Source: Nitrospiraceae bacterium (GTDB lineage Bacteria > Nitrospirota > Thermodesulfovibrionia > UBA6902). Taken from it: DNA of 64,000 nt. A program made the position numbers and the translations under genes. The notes beneath the pieces were generated by a model, which saw only the letters and a list, made by a program, of their open reading frames with translations, ran no database searches and was not told the origin of the DNA. The stretch lies in the NCBI GenBank assembly GCA_003599275.1, contig QZJG01000074.1:5352-69351 (forward strand), written 5' to 3'. Shown piece by piece: positions 51,148-60,354 of the stretch. Every line of letters begins with the position of its first letter. Positions within the stretch are counted from its first letter, which is position 1.

Positions 51148-51964
51148 TCCTCATGAACGAGGGGAACCTTGGGGTCCCGGACTCATAAAACCCGTAATGC
51201 TTGAAGGTTATCAACGAACCGATGGGGGGCGGATTCTCCCTGACTTTATCGGAAAAACCAGTGCCTATTTTGAACCTCGTTCGAGTGCCGGGCAATTCCA
51301 CCAGCAAAGAGCCCATTCTGCCCTCGTTTCTTCCTTCTCCGGCAACATGCCCGATCACCACGGCCTCTATGTCGAAATAGCTTTTGACTTTCAGGATGTC
51401 CCCGCTTCTGCCCTTTGTATAAGGAGAACCGGGTCTTCTGAGGATGATCCCTTCGCCTCCCAGTCCTTCCACCCTTTTCAATTCCTGCTGTAGATGCCTG
51501 CTGTTTTCAACGGGGAAGTGCTCGATGACAAAGGCATATCCGGAAGGATGCTTTGCAAACCAGTCCGCCGCGAGTTTCAGCCGCTCTTCAAAGCCCCCCG
51601 GTGCCCCCGGGACATCGAATACGGCGAATTTCAATGCCAGCCAGCCGTCATGGGCCTCCTGCTTTTTGACTATGCCGACGGTTTTCTCAAAGGTATTTCT
51701 GCCTCCCCATATTTCACCTTCGACAGCAAAGTCCGGAAAATTCCCGACAAACTCCGGGGGAGGCTGAAACAGCGCCCCGTTCTTCGAGAGCAGTTGCCTG
51801 CCGTCCCAATAGCCCCTTACGCCATCAAGTTTTTCGCTCATCAGCCAGCCTGAGACATCAATGTCTTCCTCATATACTTGAGGCAACATGATGTCCAGGG
51901 CATATGCGCCCGGCCACGCAAAGGCAATGAGAAACAGGAATGGAATGAGCGTCCTTTTAAACAT
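51131..51964 (-). CDS. minimal ATP-dependent DNA ligase with a signal peptide (LigE type)
   Basis: An N-terminal signal (LIPFLFLIAFAWPGAYA) and the adenylation motif SEKLDGVRGYWDG. The protein has only the nucleotidyltransferase and OB domains, about 255 aa when mature. Confidence 0.85.
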   Translation of the reverse strand: MFKRTLIPFLFLIAFAWPGAYALDIMLPQVYEEDIDVSGWLMSEKLDGVRGYWDGRQLLSKNGALFQPPPEFVGNFPDFAVEGEIWGGRNTFEKTVGIVKKQEAHDGWLALKFAVFDVPGAPGGFEERLKLAADWFAKHPSGYAFVIEHFPVENSRHLQQELKRVEGLGGEGIILRRPGSPYTKGRSGDILKVKSYFDIEAVVIGHVAGEGRNEGRMGSLLVELPGTRTRFKIGTGFSDKVRENPPPIGSLITFKHYGFYESGTPRFPSFMRIREEL

Positions 51965-51984
51965 GTTAGTATTTTGCAGTCCGG

Positions 51985-52263
51985 TCAGGATCTGTTCCGG
52001 TAATACAGTAAAATATCAATCAGCACCATGAGGCCGTTGATGATATATAGAATGATCACAAGATCGAAGTTATAGAAGGTCTTATGCATGATGCCCGCTA
52101 AATATCCAAGAAACACTATGTATAAAAACACAACGCTTTTGCCGGAATTCGACTTTGATTTGTATGATTTGTAAATCGAAAAAGGCCAGGCAAAGCCGAA
52201 GCACAATAACATGGTGATTTCAAAAATACTCATGCGGTATTTTACCTGTTTGTAATAAAACAT
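51985..52263 (-). CDS. small 3-TM membrane protein, PQ-loop/SemiSWEET-like (tentative)
   Basis: TM1 is followed by WPFSIYKSYKSKSNSGKS, then TM2 and TM3. The layout resembles PQ-loop proteins. Confidence 0.45.
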   Translation of the reverse strand: MFYYKQVKYRMSIFEITMLLCFGFAWPFSIYKSYKSKSNSGKSVVFLYIVFLGYLAGIMHKTFYNFDLVIILYIINGLMVLIDILLYYRNRS

Positions 52264-52277
52264 GTTTTCTGTTATTT

Positions 52278-52952
52278 TTGATTGTGCCCGGAAAATGGAA
52301 TAACATTTATAATCAGGCCTGGTTCCCGCGCGTCTTCCCCTTTGCTGTCTTCATGGCATTTATAATGCTGGAGTCCGCAATAACAGAGCATGTTTATCTG
52401 ATCTACATCGCAAAGACAGTTGTTGTCGGGCTTATCCTGCTGCACTTCAGGGACAGGTATTCCGAGATAAGCCTTGGCGCCTCACTGAAAGACATTATTA
52501 TCGCAGTCGTATTCGGAATCGCAGTATTTGTTTTGTGGATAAATATGACATGGGACTTTGCAGTCATAGGTCAGCCGGGGAACAATGACCCTTACACTAT
52601 GCTCGGCAAAGGAATTCTTTATCCGGCGATCTTCTTCCGCATATTCGGCGCATCGGTAGTGGTGCCTGTTATGGAGGAGCTCTTCTGGAGGTCTTTTGTA
52701 ATAAGATGGCTTGATAATAAAAACTTTATGTCTGTGCCCATCGGGACCTTCAGCCTTCAGTCTTTTTTGATAACCGTTCTGCTCTTCGGCTCGGAGCACA
52801 ATTTATGGCTGGCAGGCATCGCTGCAGGGATCTTATACAACCTGCTTCTTTACTACAGAAAAAGCATTTTTCTGTGCATCATTTCGCACAGTGTAACAAA
52901 TTTTATTCTTGCCATATATGTGCTTTATTCAGGAAAGTGGATGTTCTGGTAA
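52278..52952 (+). CDS. CPBP (CAAX protease/bacteriocin-processing) family intramembrane protease
   Basis: EELFWRSF (EExxxR), SEHNLW and SHSVTNF motifs set in a polytopic membrane protein. Confidence 0.8.
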   Translation: MIVPGKWNNIYNQAWFPRVFPFAVFMAFIMLESAITEHVYLIYIAKTVVVGLILLHFRDRYSEISLGASLKDIIIAVVFGIAVFVLWINMTWDFAVIGQPGNNDPYTMLGKGILYPAIFFRIFGASVVVPVMEELFWRSFVIRWLDNKNFMSVPIGTFSLQSFLITVLLFGSEHNLWLAGIAAGILYNLLLYYRKSIFLCIISHSVTNFILAIYVLYSGKWMFW

Positions 52953-53051
52953 AAGAGGTCCCTTTCCTTCTCAATTTTTGAAAGAAGCTCGGCAAGTAAC
53001 CTCTTTGGCATGGGATTATCCGAAGACTGTTCAATGGCATAAGGGAGATTC

Positions 53052-53699
53052 TTACTCCCTCTTCCTTCTCAACCTCTTGCTTCCCACAAGTACAGCCGCC
53101 CCTGCCGCAAGCATCGCGAGCGATCCCGGCTCCGGCGCCATCGGCGCCCCTGCGGCTATACCCACGCCCGCTTCCGTCTCGTAGCCCCAGGCAAGGGCTA
53201 ATAATCGACCAGGTACCTTTTCAGTCTGCACCCACCCATAATGATTACCGGGAATCTTCAAACCAAAATATCCGGTAGTTGCTATGTTGAGTTGCGAAGA
53301 GCCTTTAAAAGTCAAACCATCTCCAATTATTTCGCCTTCAGCAAACCCACCCTCCCATTCCTTCCATCCCATGTACGCAACCTGATAATCACTGTCACTA
53401 GTATATACAGTCGTTGAACTGCCCCAATACCTCTGATACCACATGCTTTGAAATCCTTCTGTAACGCCAAGCTGTTCAGATGCCGGTTTTGTGATATCCA
53501 AATAGCTGCTCCATTCCGGCTGCCAGCAATTCCCCCCTGGTTCCGGCCTCTCACACCAGACAAACGGCCCATCATACCTCACCGTATATGCATAAGCGTC
53601 CGTCCCCGCAGCTAACGCCGCTGCTCCTGCAAAACCTGCCAGGCCAAGTACTGCTGTCTTTTCCATAAGCTTTTTGCTTTCTTCTCTCTTTTTCATCAT
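53052..53699 (-). CDS. secreted PEP-CTERM sorting-domain protein
   Basis: A signal peptide, and a C-terminal PEPGSLAMLAAGAAVLVGSKRLRRKRE (PEP motif, TM helix, basic tail). The RBS is AGAGGAGGG. Confidence 0.85.
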   Translation of the reverse strand: MMKKREESKKLMEKTAVLGLAGFAGAAALAAGTDAYAYTVRYDGPFVWCERPEPGGNCWQPEWSSYLDITKPASEQLGVTEGFQSMWYQRYWGSSTTVYTSDSDYQVAYMGWKEWEGGFAEGEIIGDGLTFKGSSQLNIATTGYFGLKIPGNHYGWVQTEKVPGRLLALAWGYETEAGVGIAAGAPMAPEPGSLAMLAAGAAVLVGSKRLRRKRE

Positions 53700-53741
53700 C
53701 ACCCTCCTCTATGATTATGTTTCAGGAATATAATCAAATAG

Positions 53742-53757
53742 AGCAAGATCGAGGCCA
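53742..53757 (-). promoter_or_regulatory. sigma-54 (-24/-12) promoter candidate for the PEP-CTERM gene
   Basis: The minus strand reads TGGCCTcgatcTTGCT with correct GG-N10-GC spacing. It lies about 40 nt upstream of the start codons. Confidence 0.5.
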
Positions 53758-53929
53758 GATACAGGGAATAAATTAATTGTTAAGAATTAACAGGATGGCT
53801 TTTCGCGCTATATATAAAGGGGTGCGACGCAAGTTGACGCAAGATCCACTAAACGCAGCGTAACTCTTCGGGAATAAACATCAATATTGGCCTGCAACTT
53901 TTGTCTTGAAAGCAAAAAAAGTTGCAGCC

Positions 53930-55204
53930 CTATTTCCGTACCCTCACCGTATTTCCATGCGCCTCAAGGCCTTCAACATCGGCGAGCGTCTCAACGGTTT
54001 TTGCGAGGGCGCTGAATCCCTCTTTCGTGGCGTTGATAAGGCTGGTGCGTTTTATGAAATCATAAACGCCGAGCGGTGAGGAGAAGCGGGCCGTGCCGCT
54101 TGTGGGAAGAGTATGGTTCGGTCCGGCGGCATAATCGCCGAGAGGCTCCGTCGCCCATTGACCGAGGAAGATCGCCCCGGCATTTTTTATTCCGGGCAAT
54201 AATGCTGACGGGTTTTTTGTCATTACTTCAAGGTGCTCCGGCGCTATATGGTTTGCAATATCAACAGCGGCATCGATATCCTTTGTTATAATTATCGCGC
54301 CGTATTTACCAAGGGATTTCTTTGCTATCTCTTTTCGCACAAGACTTTTCAATCTGACTTCCGTTTCTTTTTTCACCTTTTCCGCAAGCTCTGCAGAATC
54401 GGTAAGCAATACAGATGACGCCATTTCATCATGCTCCGCCTGACTGAGAAGGTCGGAGGCGATGAAGGAAGGATCGGCTGTTTTATCGGCAATGATCAGA
54501 ATCTCACTGGGACCGGCGACCATATCGATGCCGACGTCGCCGAAGGCCATCCTCTTTGCAACCGCAACAAAGATATTGCCGGGACCGACAATCTTGTCCA
54601 CCTTTTTAATCGTCTCCGTGCCATAAGCAAGCGCAGCCACTGCCTGCGCCCCGCCGATCCTGTAGACCTCTTTTACATTCAGCAGCTTTATTGCAAATGC
54701 TACATAAGGGTTTATCTTTCCCCCCGGAGTCGGAACGCACAACGCGATCTCTTTGACGCCCGCTACCTGCGCCGGGATGACATTCATCAAAACAGTAGAC
54801 GGATATGCGGCCTTTCCTCCCGGGACATACACGCCGACCCTTTCGAGAGGCCGTATTATCTGTCCTACCGTGACGCCGTTCTCTGAAAACTCCCACGACC
54901 TTTCCTTCTGGCATTCGTGGAAGGTCCGTATCCTTTTCGCCGCGTGCTTCAGCGCCTGAGAAAAATTATTTTCAACCTTCTGCGCCGATGCTTCGATCTC
55001 TTTCTGACTGACAGCAAGCGATTTTAATTTTATTAAATCAAATTTTTCAGTATACCGTTTAACGGCGTCGTCCCCCTGCCGTTTAACATCAGCAATAATC
55101 TTCCTGACGGTTTTCTGTATGTCGTCTTCGATGCTTGAAGCAGAGGCCCTCTTTCTTAACAATTCCATGAAAGGTTGAATATCATGCCACTTGAGTATTC
55201 TCAT
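53930..55204 (-). CDS. hisD: histidinol dehydrogenase
   Basis: Family-wide similarity, including SQAEHDEMA and [13 protein letters not shown]. Confidence 0.95.
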   Translation of the reverse strand: MRILKWHDIQPFMELLRKRASASSIEDDIQKTVRKIIADVKRQGDDAVKRYTEKFDLIKLKSLAVSQKEIEASAQKVENNFSQALKHAAKRIRTFHECQKERSWEFSENGVTVGQIIRPLERVGVYVPGGKAAYPSTVLMNVIPAQVAGVKEIALCVPTPGGKINPYVAFAIKLLNVKEVYRIGGAQAVAALAYGTETIKKVDKIVGPGNIFVAVAKRMAFGDVGIDMVAGPSEILIIADKTADPSFIASDLLSQAEHDEMASSVLLTDSAELAEKVKKETEVRLKSLVRKEIAKKSLGKYGAIIITKDIDAAVDIANHIAPEHLEVMTKNPSALLPGIKNAGAIFLGQWATEPLGDYAAGPNHTLPTSGTARFSSPLGVYDFIKRTSLINATKEGFSALAKTVETLADVEGLEAHGNTVRVRK

Positions 55205-56451
55205 TTCACTCTCCTTATTCTGGCCCCGAGCTTTTCCAGCTTCTCTTCTATCTTTTCATAGCCCCTGTCGAGGTGGTACACCCTGTCAATGACGGTCGTC
55301 CCTTCTGCCGCAAGACCCGCTACGACAAGCGATGCGCTCGCGCGAAGGTCCGTTGCCATCACAGGCGCGCCCTTGAGCGATCCGACCCCTTTTACCGTGG
55401 CCGTCGATCCTTCCACCTTTATATCGGCGCCCATCCTCCTCAGCTCCGCCACATGCATAAACCTGTTCTCAAATATATTTTCCGTGATAAGGCTCGTGCC
55501 GTCGGCAATCGACATCATTGTCATGAACTGCGCCTGCATGTCGGTAGGAAAACCGGGATAAGGCACCGTTTTTATGTCCACGGCAGACAATCTTTCCGCT
55601 CCCCTAACCATGAGTTTACCTGTCTTCTGTTTGATTTTGACACCGGCCTCCTGCATTTTGTTGATGACCGCATCGAGATGTTCCGGCCTGCATTTATTAA
55701 TTTTTACATCTCCCTTCGTAACGGCGGCAGCCGCGATAAACGTCGCCGTCTCTATCCTGTCGGGTATGGCCGCATAATTTAGCGGTTCGAGTCCTGCAAC
55801 TCCGTTGATTTTAATGACGCTCGTGCCCGCGCCCTGGATATCGGCCCCCATGGATATCAATGCATCGGCAAGGTCTGTGACTTCAGGTTCACATGCGGCA
55901 TTTTCAAGGACAGTGGTCCCGTCGGCGAGGGTCGCGGCCATCATCAGGTTTTCAGTCCCCGTCACAGTCGGCATGTCAAAATATACAGTCGCCCCCCTCA
56001 GCCGTCTGGCCTTTGCTTCAATATATCCTTCCGACAAAGTGATCTTTGCACCCATCTTTTCCAGCCCCATAATATGCAGGTTAATGGGTCTTGCGCCTAT
56101 TGCACAGCCGCCGGGCAGGGACACTTTTGCCCTGCCTGTCCGTGCAAGCAGGGGGCCAAGGACAAGCACCGATGCCCTCATCGTCTTGACGAAATCATAC
56201 GGCGCATCGAATGATGTTAATTTTTTTGTCAGCAGCAGGATACTGTTGTCTTCAATATGAAACCCGAAGCCGAGATGCGCCAGCAGTTTGCCCATAGTCA
56301 TCACATCACGGAGGTGAGGGACATTCCCTATAACATTTTCCCCTGAGCTTAAAATAGCGGCGGTCATGAGCGGCAGCACGGCATTCTTCGCGCCGCTGAC
56401 AGTCACCTCACCGTGCAATCTGACTCCGCCTGTGATTTCTATTTTGTCCAT
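55201..56451 (-). CDS. murA: UDP-N-acetylglucosamine 1-carboxyvinyltransferase
   Basis: [27 protein letters not shown] and an active-site Cys region ([12 protein letters not shown]). Confidence 0.95.
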   Translation of the reverse strand: MDKIEITGGVRLHGEVTVSGAKNAVLPLMTAAILSSGENVIGNVPHLRDVMTMGKLLAHLGFGFHIEDNSILLLTKKLTSFDAPYDFVKTMRASVLVLGPLLARTGRAKVSLPGGCAIGARPINLHIMGLEKMGAKITLSEGYIEAKARRLRGATVYFDMPTVTGTENLMMAATLADGTTVLENAACEPEVTDLADALISMGADIQGAGTSVIKINGVAGLEPLNYAAIPDRIETATFIAAAAVTKGDVKINKCRPEHLDAVINKMQEAGVKIKQKTGKLMVRGAERLSAVDIKTVPYPGFPTDMQAQFMTMMSIADGTSLITENIFENRFMHVAELRRMGADIKVEGSTATVKGVGSLKGAPVMATDLRASASLVVAGLAAEGTTVIDRVYHLDRGYEKIEEKLEKLGARIRRVK

Positions 56452-57575
56452 TAAAGAAACGAGGTCTCGAACACCTCGTTAAACCTGGGCGCGAGGGGAA
56501 TAAAAGCGCCCAGCACGTCCGGATCGAAATGCCCGGGCATCGTCCTGCCGTCGCCTTCGGTAATTATCCTGAATGCTTCATCATGCCCTGTCGCCGGCTT
56601 ATACGGTCTCTCGCTCCTCAAAGCATCATACTGATCGACCAGCATTACTATTCTGCCTTCTCTGGGTATCTCCTCGCCCTTTAATCCCGCCGGATATCCG
56701 GTCCCGTCCCAGCGCTCATGATGGGTAAGCGCTATCGACTCGGCCATTTGCAGCACCGGGTGAGTGGAGCCGAAAAGGATCTTCTGCCCGTGCAACGTGT
56801 GCGCTTTGACCACTTCGAATTCCTCGAATGTAAGCGTACCCTTTTTGAAAAGCAGGTTCCCGGTTATTTTTATTTTTCCGATGTCATGCAGGGGGCTTGA
56901 ATGTTTCAGAAGCTGAACGAATTCAGCAGGCAATTTCATTTTTCTGGCAATCAGCTCTGAGAGGACCCCTATCCTCATCACGTGCAGTCCCTCTTCGTAA
57001 TCCTTGAATTCAGCGATGGTCGTCAACCGCCTGACCAGATCACGGCTGAAATTTTCAGCTTTTTCCTTCGCCACTTCCAGGTCCTGCGTCCTTTGTCTGA
57101 TCATATCTTCGAGATAATGCCTGTAATGCTCCCTGAATTTAATCAGGTTTTTGTGCTGGACCGCTTTTTTGACCGCATGGACCAGGTAATCGGAATGAAA
57201 AGGCTTGAGGATAAAATCGAAGGCGCCTCTCCTGATTGCGGCCACTGCCAGGCTCAGGTCGGCATACGCGGTCATAAGGATCACCGGAAGATGGGGATTG
57301 AGACTGTGTATTTTATCGAGGAGCTCAATGCCGGACATATCCGGCATCTTAATATCGGTCAATACTACATTGATGTTGTTTTCCTTTATCCTGTCCAGGG
57401 CCTCGTTTGCGCTGCCGCATGCGATCACATTATACTTGTATTCGGTCAGGACCAGTTTCGTTGCATCGAGGAGGTCCCTGTCGTCATCCACCAGAAGAAT
57501 GCTGTTGCCGGGTGTCGGTTCCATTGAGTGGAATATTTTACCATAATCAGCCGCTGATAAATCTTTTTTTTGCAA
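56451..57575 (-). CDS. response regulator with an HD-GYP phosphodiesterase domain
   Basis: A REC domain ([11 protein letters not shown]...[12 protein letters not shown]) plus HD..., [11 protein letters not shown]. Confidence 0.9.
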   Translation of the reverse strand: MQKKDLSAADYGKIFHSMEPTPGNSILLVDDDRDLLDATKLVLTEYKYNVIACGSANEALDRIKENNINVVLTDIKMPDMSGIELLDKIHSLNPHLPVILMTAYADLSLAVAAIRRGAFDFILKPFHSDYLVHAVKKAVQHKNLIKFREHYRHYLEDMIRQRTQDLEVAKEKAENFSRDLVRRLTTIAEFKDYEEGLHVMRIGVLSELIARKMKLPAEFVQLLKHSSPLHDIGKIKITGNLLFKKGTLTFEEFEVVKAHTLHGQKILFGSTHPVLQMAESIALTHHERWDGTGYPAGLKGEEIPREGRIVMLVDQYDALRSERPYKPATGHDEAFRIITEGDGRTMPGHFDPDVLGAFIPLAPRFNEVFETSFL

Positions 57576-57593
57576 AATTTAATGCAAAAAAAA
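57564..57593. promoter_or_regulatory. A/T palindrome T8GCA-N8-TGCA8 in the divergent promoter region
   Basis: TTTTTTTTGCA aaatttaa TGCAAAAAAAA, read directly. It lies between the HD-GYP regulator and the PAS-GAF genes. Confidence 0.35.
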
Positions 57594-57678
57594 TCTTACG
57601 ACAAACCAAATCTGCTTTTTACCGCCATGATATAGTAAAATTTATAATTATTTATCTTTTCACCGGGAGTAAATCAAT

Positions 57679-59796
57679 ATGTTCAATTGGTTGGGAAAAA
57701 CATACCGGCAGATTCTCGATAACATGCCGGACGGAGTGTATGTTGTGGATCCGGGACAGAGAATTCAATACTGGAACAGGGCAGCGGAGTCCCTGACCGG
57801 AATTTCAGCAGACAACGCGACCGGAAGGGCTTTTACCGAAGCAGGCATTAAATACGAAGATGAAAAAGGCAATCCCGTACAGAATTTTGAATACCCTGCA
57901 GCCCTCTGTCTCCAGGAGAAAGGCCCCGTCGGCAGAAATTTTCACCTCATAACAAAGGACAACGGGAAAATACCTGTTGAGGAAAATGCCTCGCCGCTGT
58001 ACGTCAAAGGAAAAATGGAAGGGGTGATAGTCGTTGTCAGAGACATCTCGCATTCCATTCAGGCGGCAGAGCTTCGTATGAAGAATGAAAAAAAGGAGAG
58101 GCTGATCCCGATATGCGGCTGGTGCAAGAAAATCAGGAGCGATGAAAATTACTGGGAGCAGCTTGAGACCTACCTCACAAAAGAGGGGTTCGGCATCTTC
58201 ACTCACGGGATGTGTCCCTCCTGCGCTGAGAAGATCTTCGAGAAAAAGGTGTATCTCGAGAGTTACCAGCAGATATGCAGGGCGATAAGCGCAAGCATTA
58301 CGCTCGATGAAGTATTGCAGCTTATAGTAAAGAACGTGGTAAAGGTCATGAACGTCAAGGCGAGCCTGCTGCGGCTGCTCAACAGGGACACGAGGCAGCT
58401 CGAGCTTGCCGCATATTACGGGCTGAGTAAGAAATACGCCGATAAGGGCCCCGTTAAATACGACGGAAGCATCGATGACGCGCTCGCCGGGCAGACCGTG
58501 TCCGTATATGACATAGCCGAGCATCAGGACTCGCAGTATTACAAAGAGGCAAAAGAAGAAGGGATCAGGAGCATCCTTTCCATACCTCTGCGATTTGAAA
58601 AAGAAGTGATAGGCGTGCTCAGGATGTATACGACCGAGCCAGTGAAATACACCGAAGACGACTTGAAATTCATAACGGCGATTGCCGAGCAGGGCGCTAC
58701 GGCGATAGTAAACGCGAGACGTTTTGAAAAAGCCGTATCGAGGGAAAAAGAATATCTCAGGGCCTTTGAAGAAATCACAAAGGCGGTAGGCTCCACCTTG
58801 CATGTCAATGAAGTGCTGAACCTGATCGTGAAAAAAATCCCGCAGGTGATGGGGTTAAAAGGAGGCTCGCTCCGTCTTCTGAACAGGGAAAACAAGCAAT
58901 TAGAGCTCGCAGCCTATTACGGACTGAGCAAGAAATACGCCGATAAAGGTCCTGTGGCTTATGATGCGAGCATTGACGACGCAATAGCAGGCAAATCCGT
59001 CTCGGTGTTCGAGATAGCGGAGCACAAGGACTCAAAATATTACAAAGAGGCGCAGGAAGAAGGCATCAAGAGTATCCTGTCCGTACCAATGCGTTTCCAG
59101 AATGAGGTCACGGGCGTGCTCAGGTTATATACGGACAGGCCCGTCCGGTACAACGAAGAAGACCTGAGATTCATGGAAGCGATTGCAGAGCAGACGGCAA
59201 TAGCGATCGTCAATGCGAAATATTTTGAAACAGCCTTATCCAGGGAAAAAGAATACCTCAAGGTGTTTCAGGAAGTGACGAAGGCGCTCAGCTCCACCCT
59301 TCATGTAAGTGGAGTGCTGGATATGATAGTGAGGAAAATCCCGGAGGTAATGAAGCTGAAAGCGGCCACCATACGCCTTCTCGATCCTACGGGAAAGAAG
59401 CTCAGGCTTGTCGCTGCCTCAGGTCTCAGCGACAAATATCTGAACAGGGGGCCGGTGGACACCGAAGAAAATATAATCGAGGCGCTCAATGAAAAGCCTG
59501 TGGCCATTTACGATGTTACAACCGACAGGAGGGTCCGGTACCAGAAAGAGGCGGCAGAGGAAGGGATCAAGAGTTTACTCACCCTGCCTATCATTGCGAG
59601 GGGGAAGGTGTTGGGCATATTAAGACTTCTCACCGGCGAGCCGAGAAAATTCTCGCAGCAGGAAATAGACTTTGCGGCCTCACTTGCCGAACAGAGCGGA
59701 ATAGCCATAGAGAACGCCACCATGTATGAAAAGACAAAAAAGGAATACGACGACATGATGCAATTTGTTGACGGCGCGTTTTTTGAGAAAGAGTAG
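57679..59796 (+). CDS. PAS domain + Cys4 motif + three tandem GAF domains; no recognisable output domain
   Basis: A PAS domain (MPDGVYVVDPGQRIQYWNRAAESLTGI). The Cys4 segment is ICGWCKKIRSDENYWEQLETYLTKEGFGIFTHGMCPSC (nt 58114-58224). Three GAF units of 167 aa follow. Confidence 0.85.
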   Translation: MFNWLGKTYRQILDNMPDGVYVVDPGQRIQYWNRAAESLTGISADNATGRAFTEAGIKYEDEKGNPVQNFEYPAALCLQEKGPVGRNFHLITKDNGKIPVEENASPLYVKGKMEGVIVVVRDISHSIQAAELRMKNEKKERLIPICGWCKKIRSDENYWEQLETYLTKEGFGIFTHGMCPSCAEKIFEKKVYLESYQQICRAISASITLDEVLQLIVKNVVKVMNVKASLLRLLNRDTRQLELAAYYGLSKKYADKGPVKYDGSIDDALAGQTVSVYDIAEHQDSQYYKEAKEEGIRSILSIPLRFEKEVIGVLRMYTTEPVKYTEDDLKFITAIAEQGATAIVNARRFEKAVSREKEYLRAFEEITKAVGSTLHVNEVLNLIVKKIPQVMGLKGGSLRLLNRENKQLELAAYYGLSKKYADKGPVAYDASIDDAIAGKSVSVFEIAEHKDSKYYKEAQEEGIKSILSVPMRFQNEVTGVLRLYTDRPVRYNEEDLRFMEAIAEQTAIAIVNAKYFETALSREKEYLKVFQEVTKALSSTLHVSGVLDMIVRKIPEVMKLKAATIRLLDPTGKKLRLVAASGLSDKYLNRGPVDTEENIIEALNEKPVAIYDVTTDRRVRYQKEAAEEGIKSLLTLPIIARGKVLGILRLLTGEPRKFSQQEIDFAASLAEQSGIAIENATMYEKTKKEYDDMMQFVDGAFFEKE
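58261..59763 (+). repeat. intragenic tandem triplication (3 x 501 bp) encoding the GAF units
   Basis: LELAAYYGLSKKYADKGPV starts at nt 58399 and again at 58900. The diverged LRLVAASGLSDKYLNRGPV starts at 59401. Units 1 and 2 are highly similar at the protein and DNA level. Confidence 0.8.
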
Positions 59797-59797
59797 C

Positions 59798-59821
59798 CGC
59801 AGGCCTTGGCCTGCGTTTTTT
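59798..59821 (+). terminator. rho-independent terminator
   Basis: CGCAGGCCTTGGCCTGCG followed by TTTTTT, directly after the stop at 59796. Confidence 0.75.
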
Positions 59822-60035
59822 AATCCCCTCTCCCCGGTCCGTTTCTCTTCCTGTTTTTCGCCTGAGAGTCATTATATCTCCGGCGTGCCTCAGGGGAAAT
59901 AGTGACCCTGTCCCTGACATTCAGTCTGAAGCTGAGAATAGATTGAGTTGCCGGAGCAGACTCCGCAGCTTCCCTGGTTGCAACAGGATAAATTCTTTCG
60001 TTTGTCCCCGGTCCGCTTATCGCCTCGATATCCAT
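59820..60035 (-). CDS. 71-aa hypothetical protein (weak call)
   Basis: The ATG lies 5 nt after AAGGA. No domain is recognised. The DRVTISPEARRRY segment is only vaguely FlgM-like. Confidence 0.3.
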   Translation of the reverse strand: MDIEAISGPGTNERIYPVATREAAESAPATQSILSFRLNVRDRVTISPEARRRYNDSQAKNRKRNGPGRGD

Positions 60036-60154
60036 TTTTCCTTACCTGAAGTATGAGTAGCTTATTTTAAAACTTTTCAAGGCGGATGTCATTATTTTTT
60101 TTACACCCGCCCGGCACTGAAAACGCAAGCAATTGGATCCAGCTATAGTGTGAT

Positions 60155-60226
60155 TGTCATTCCGGCAGTCCTTAAGCCGGAATCCGGTCTTTTGTATTTC
60201 TTGATTCCCGACAAGCGGGAATGACA
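60155..60226. repeat. REP doublet / MITE-like element TGTCATTCC...GGGAATGACA
   Basis: Two internal hairpins, GTCATTCCGGC-N10-GCCGGAATCC and GATTCCCG-acaa-GCGGGAATGAC, sit inside outer inverted termini. Confidence 0.65.
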
Positions 60227-60354
60227 TTTGCTGCTTTCTTACCCATAAGTTTATCGCACAATCATACGGGCCCTGCCCTTTGCTCTGATCATCAAAAATA
60301 AATTATAATATCAATCTTAAGATACTTACTAAATTTTTCAGAGGAGATAAAAAA

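Noticed and set aside
57805-58803. 332-aa ORF on the minus strand.
   Set aside because: It is antisense to the PAS-Cys4-GAF gene, with no RBS and no domains.
59820-60035. Assignment of the 71-aa ORF as an anti-sigma-28 factor, FlgM.
   Set aside because: Only a short DRVTISPEA-like segment resembles FlgM, and no flagellar genes are in the window. I kept it as a low-confidence hypothetical only.
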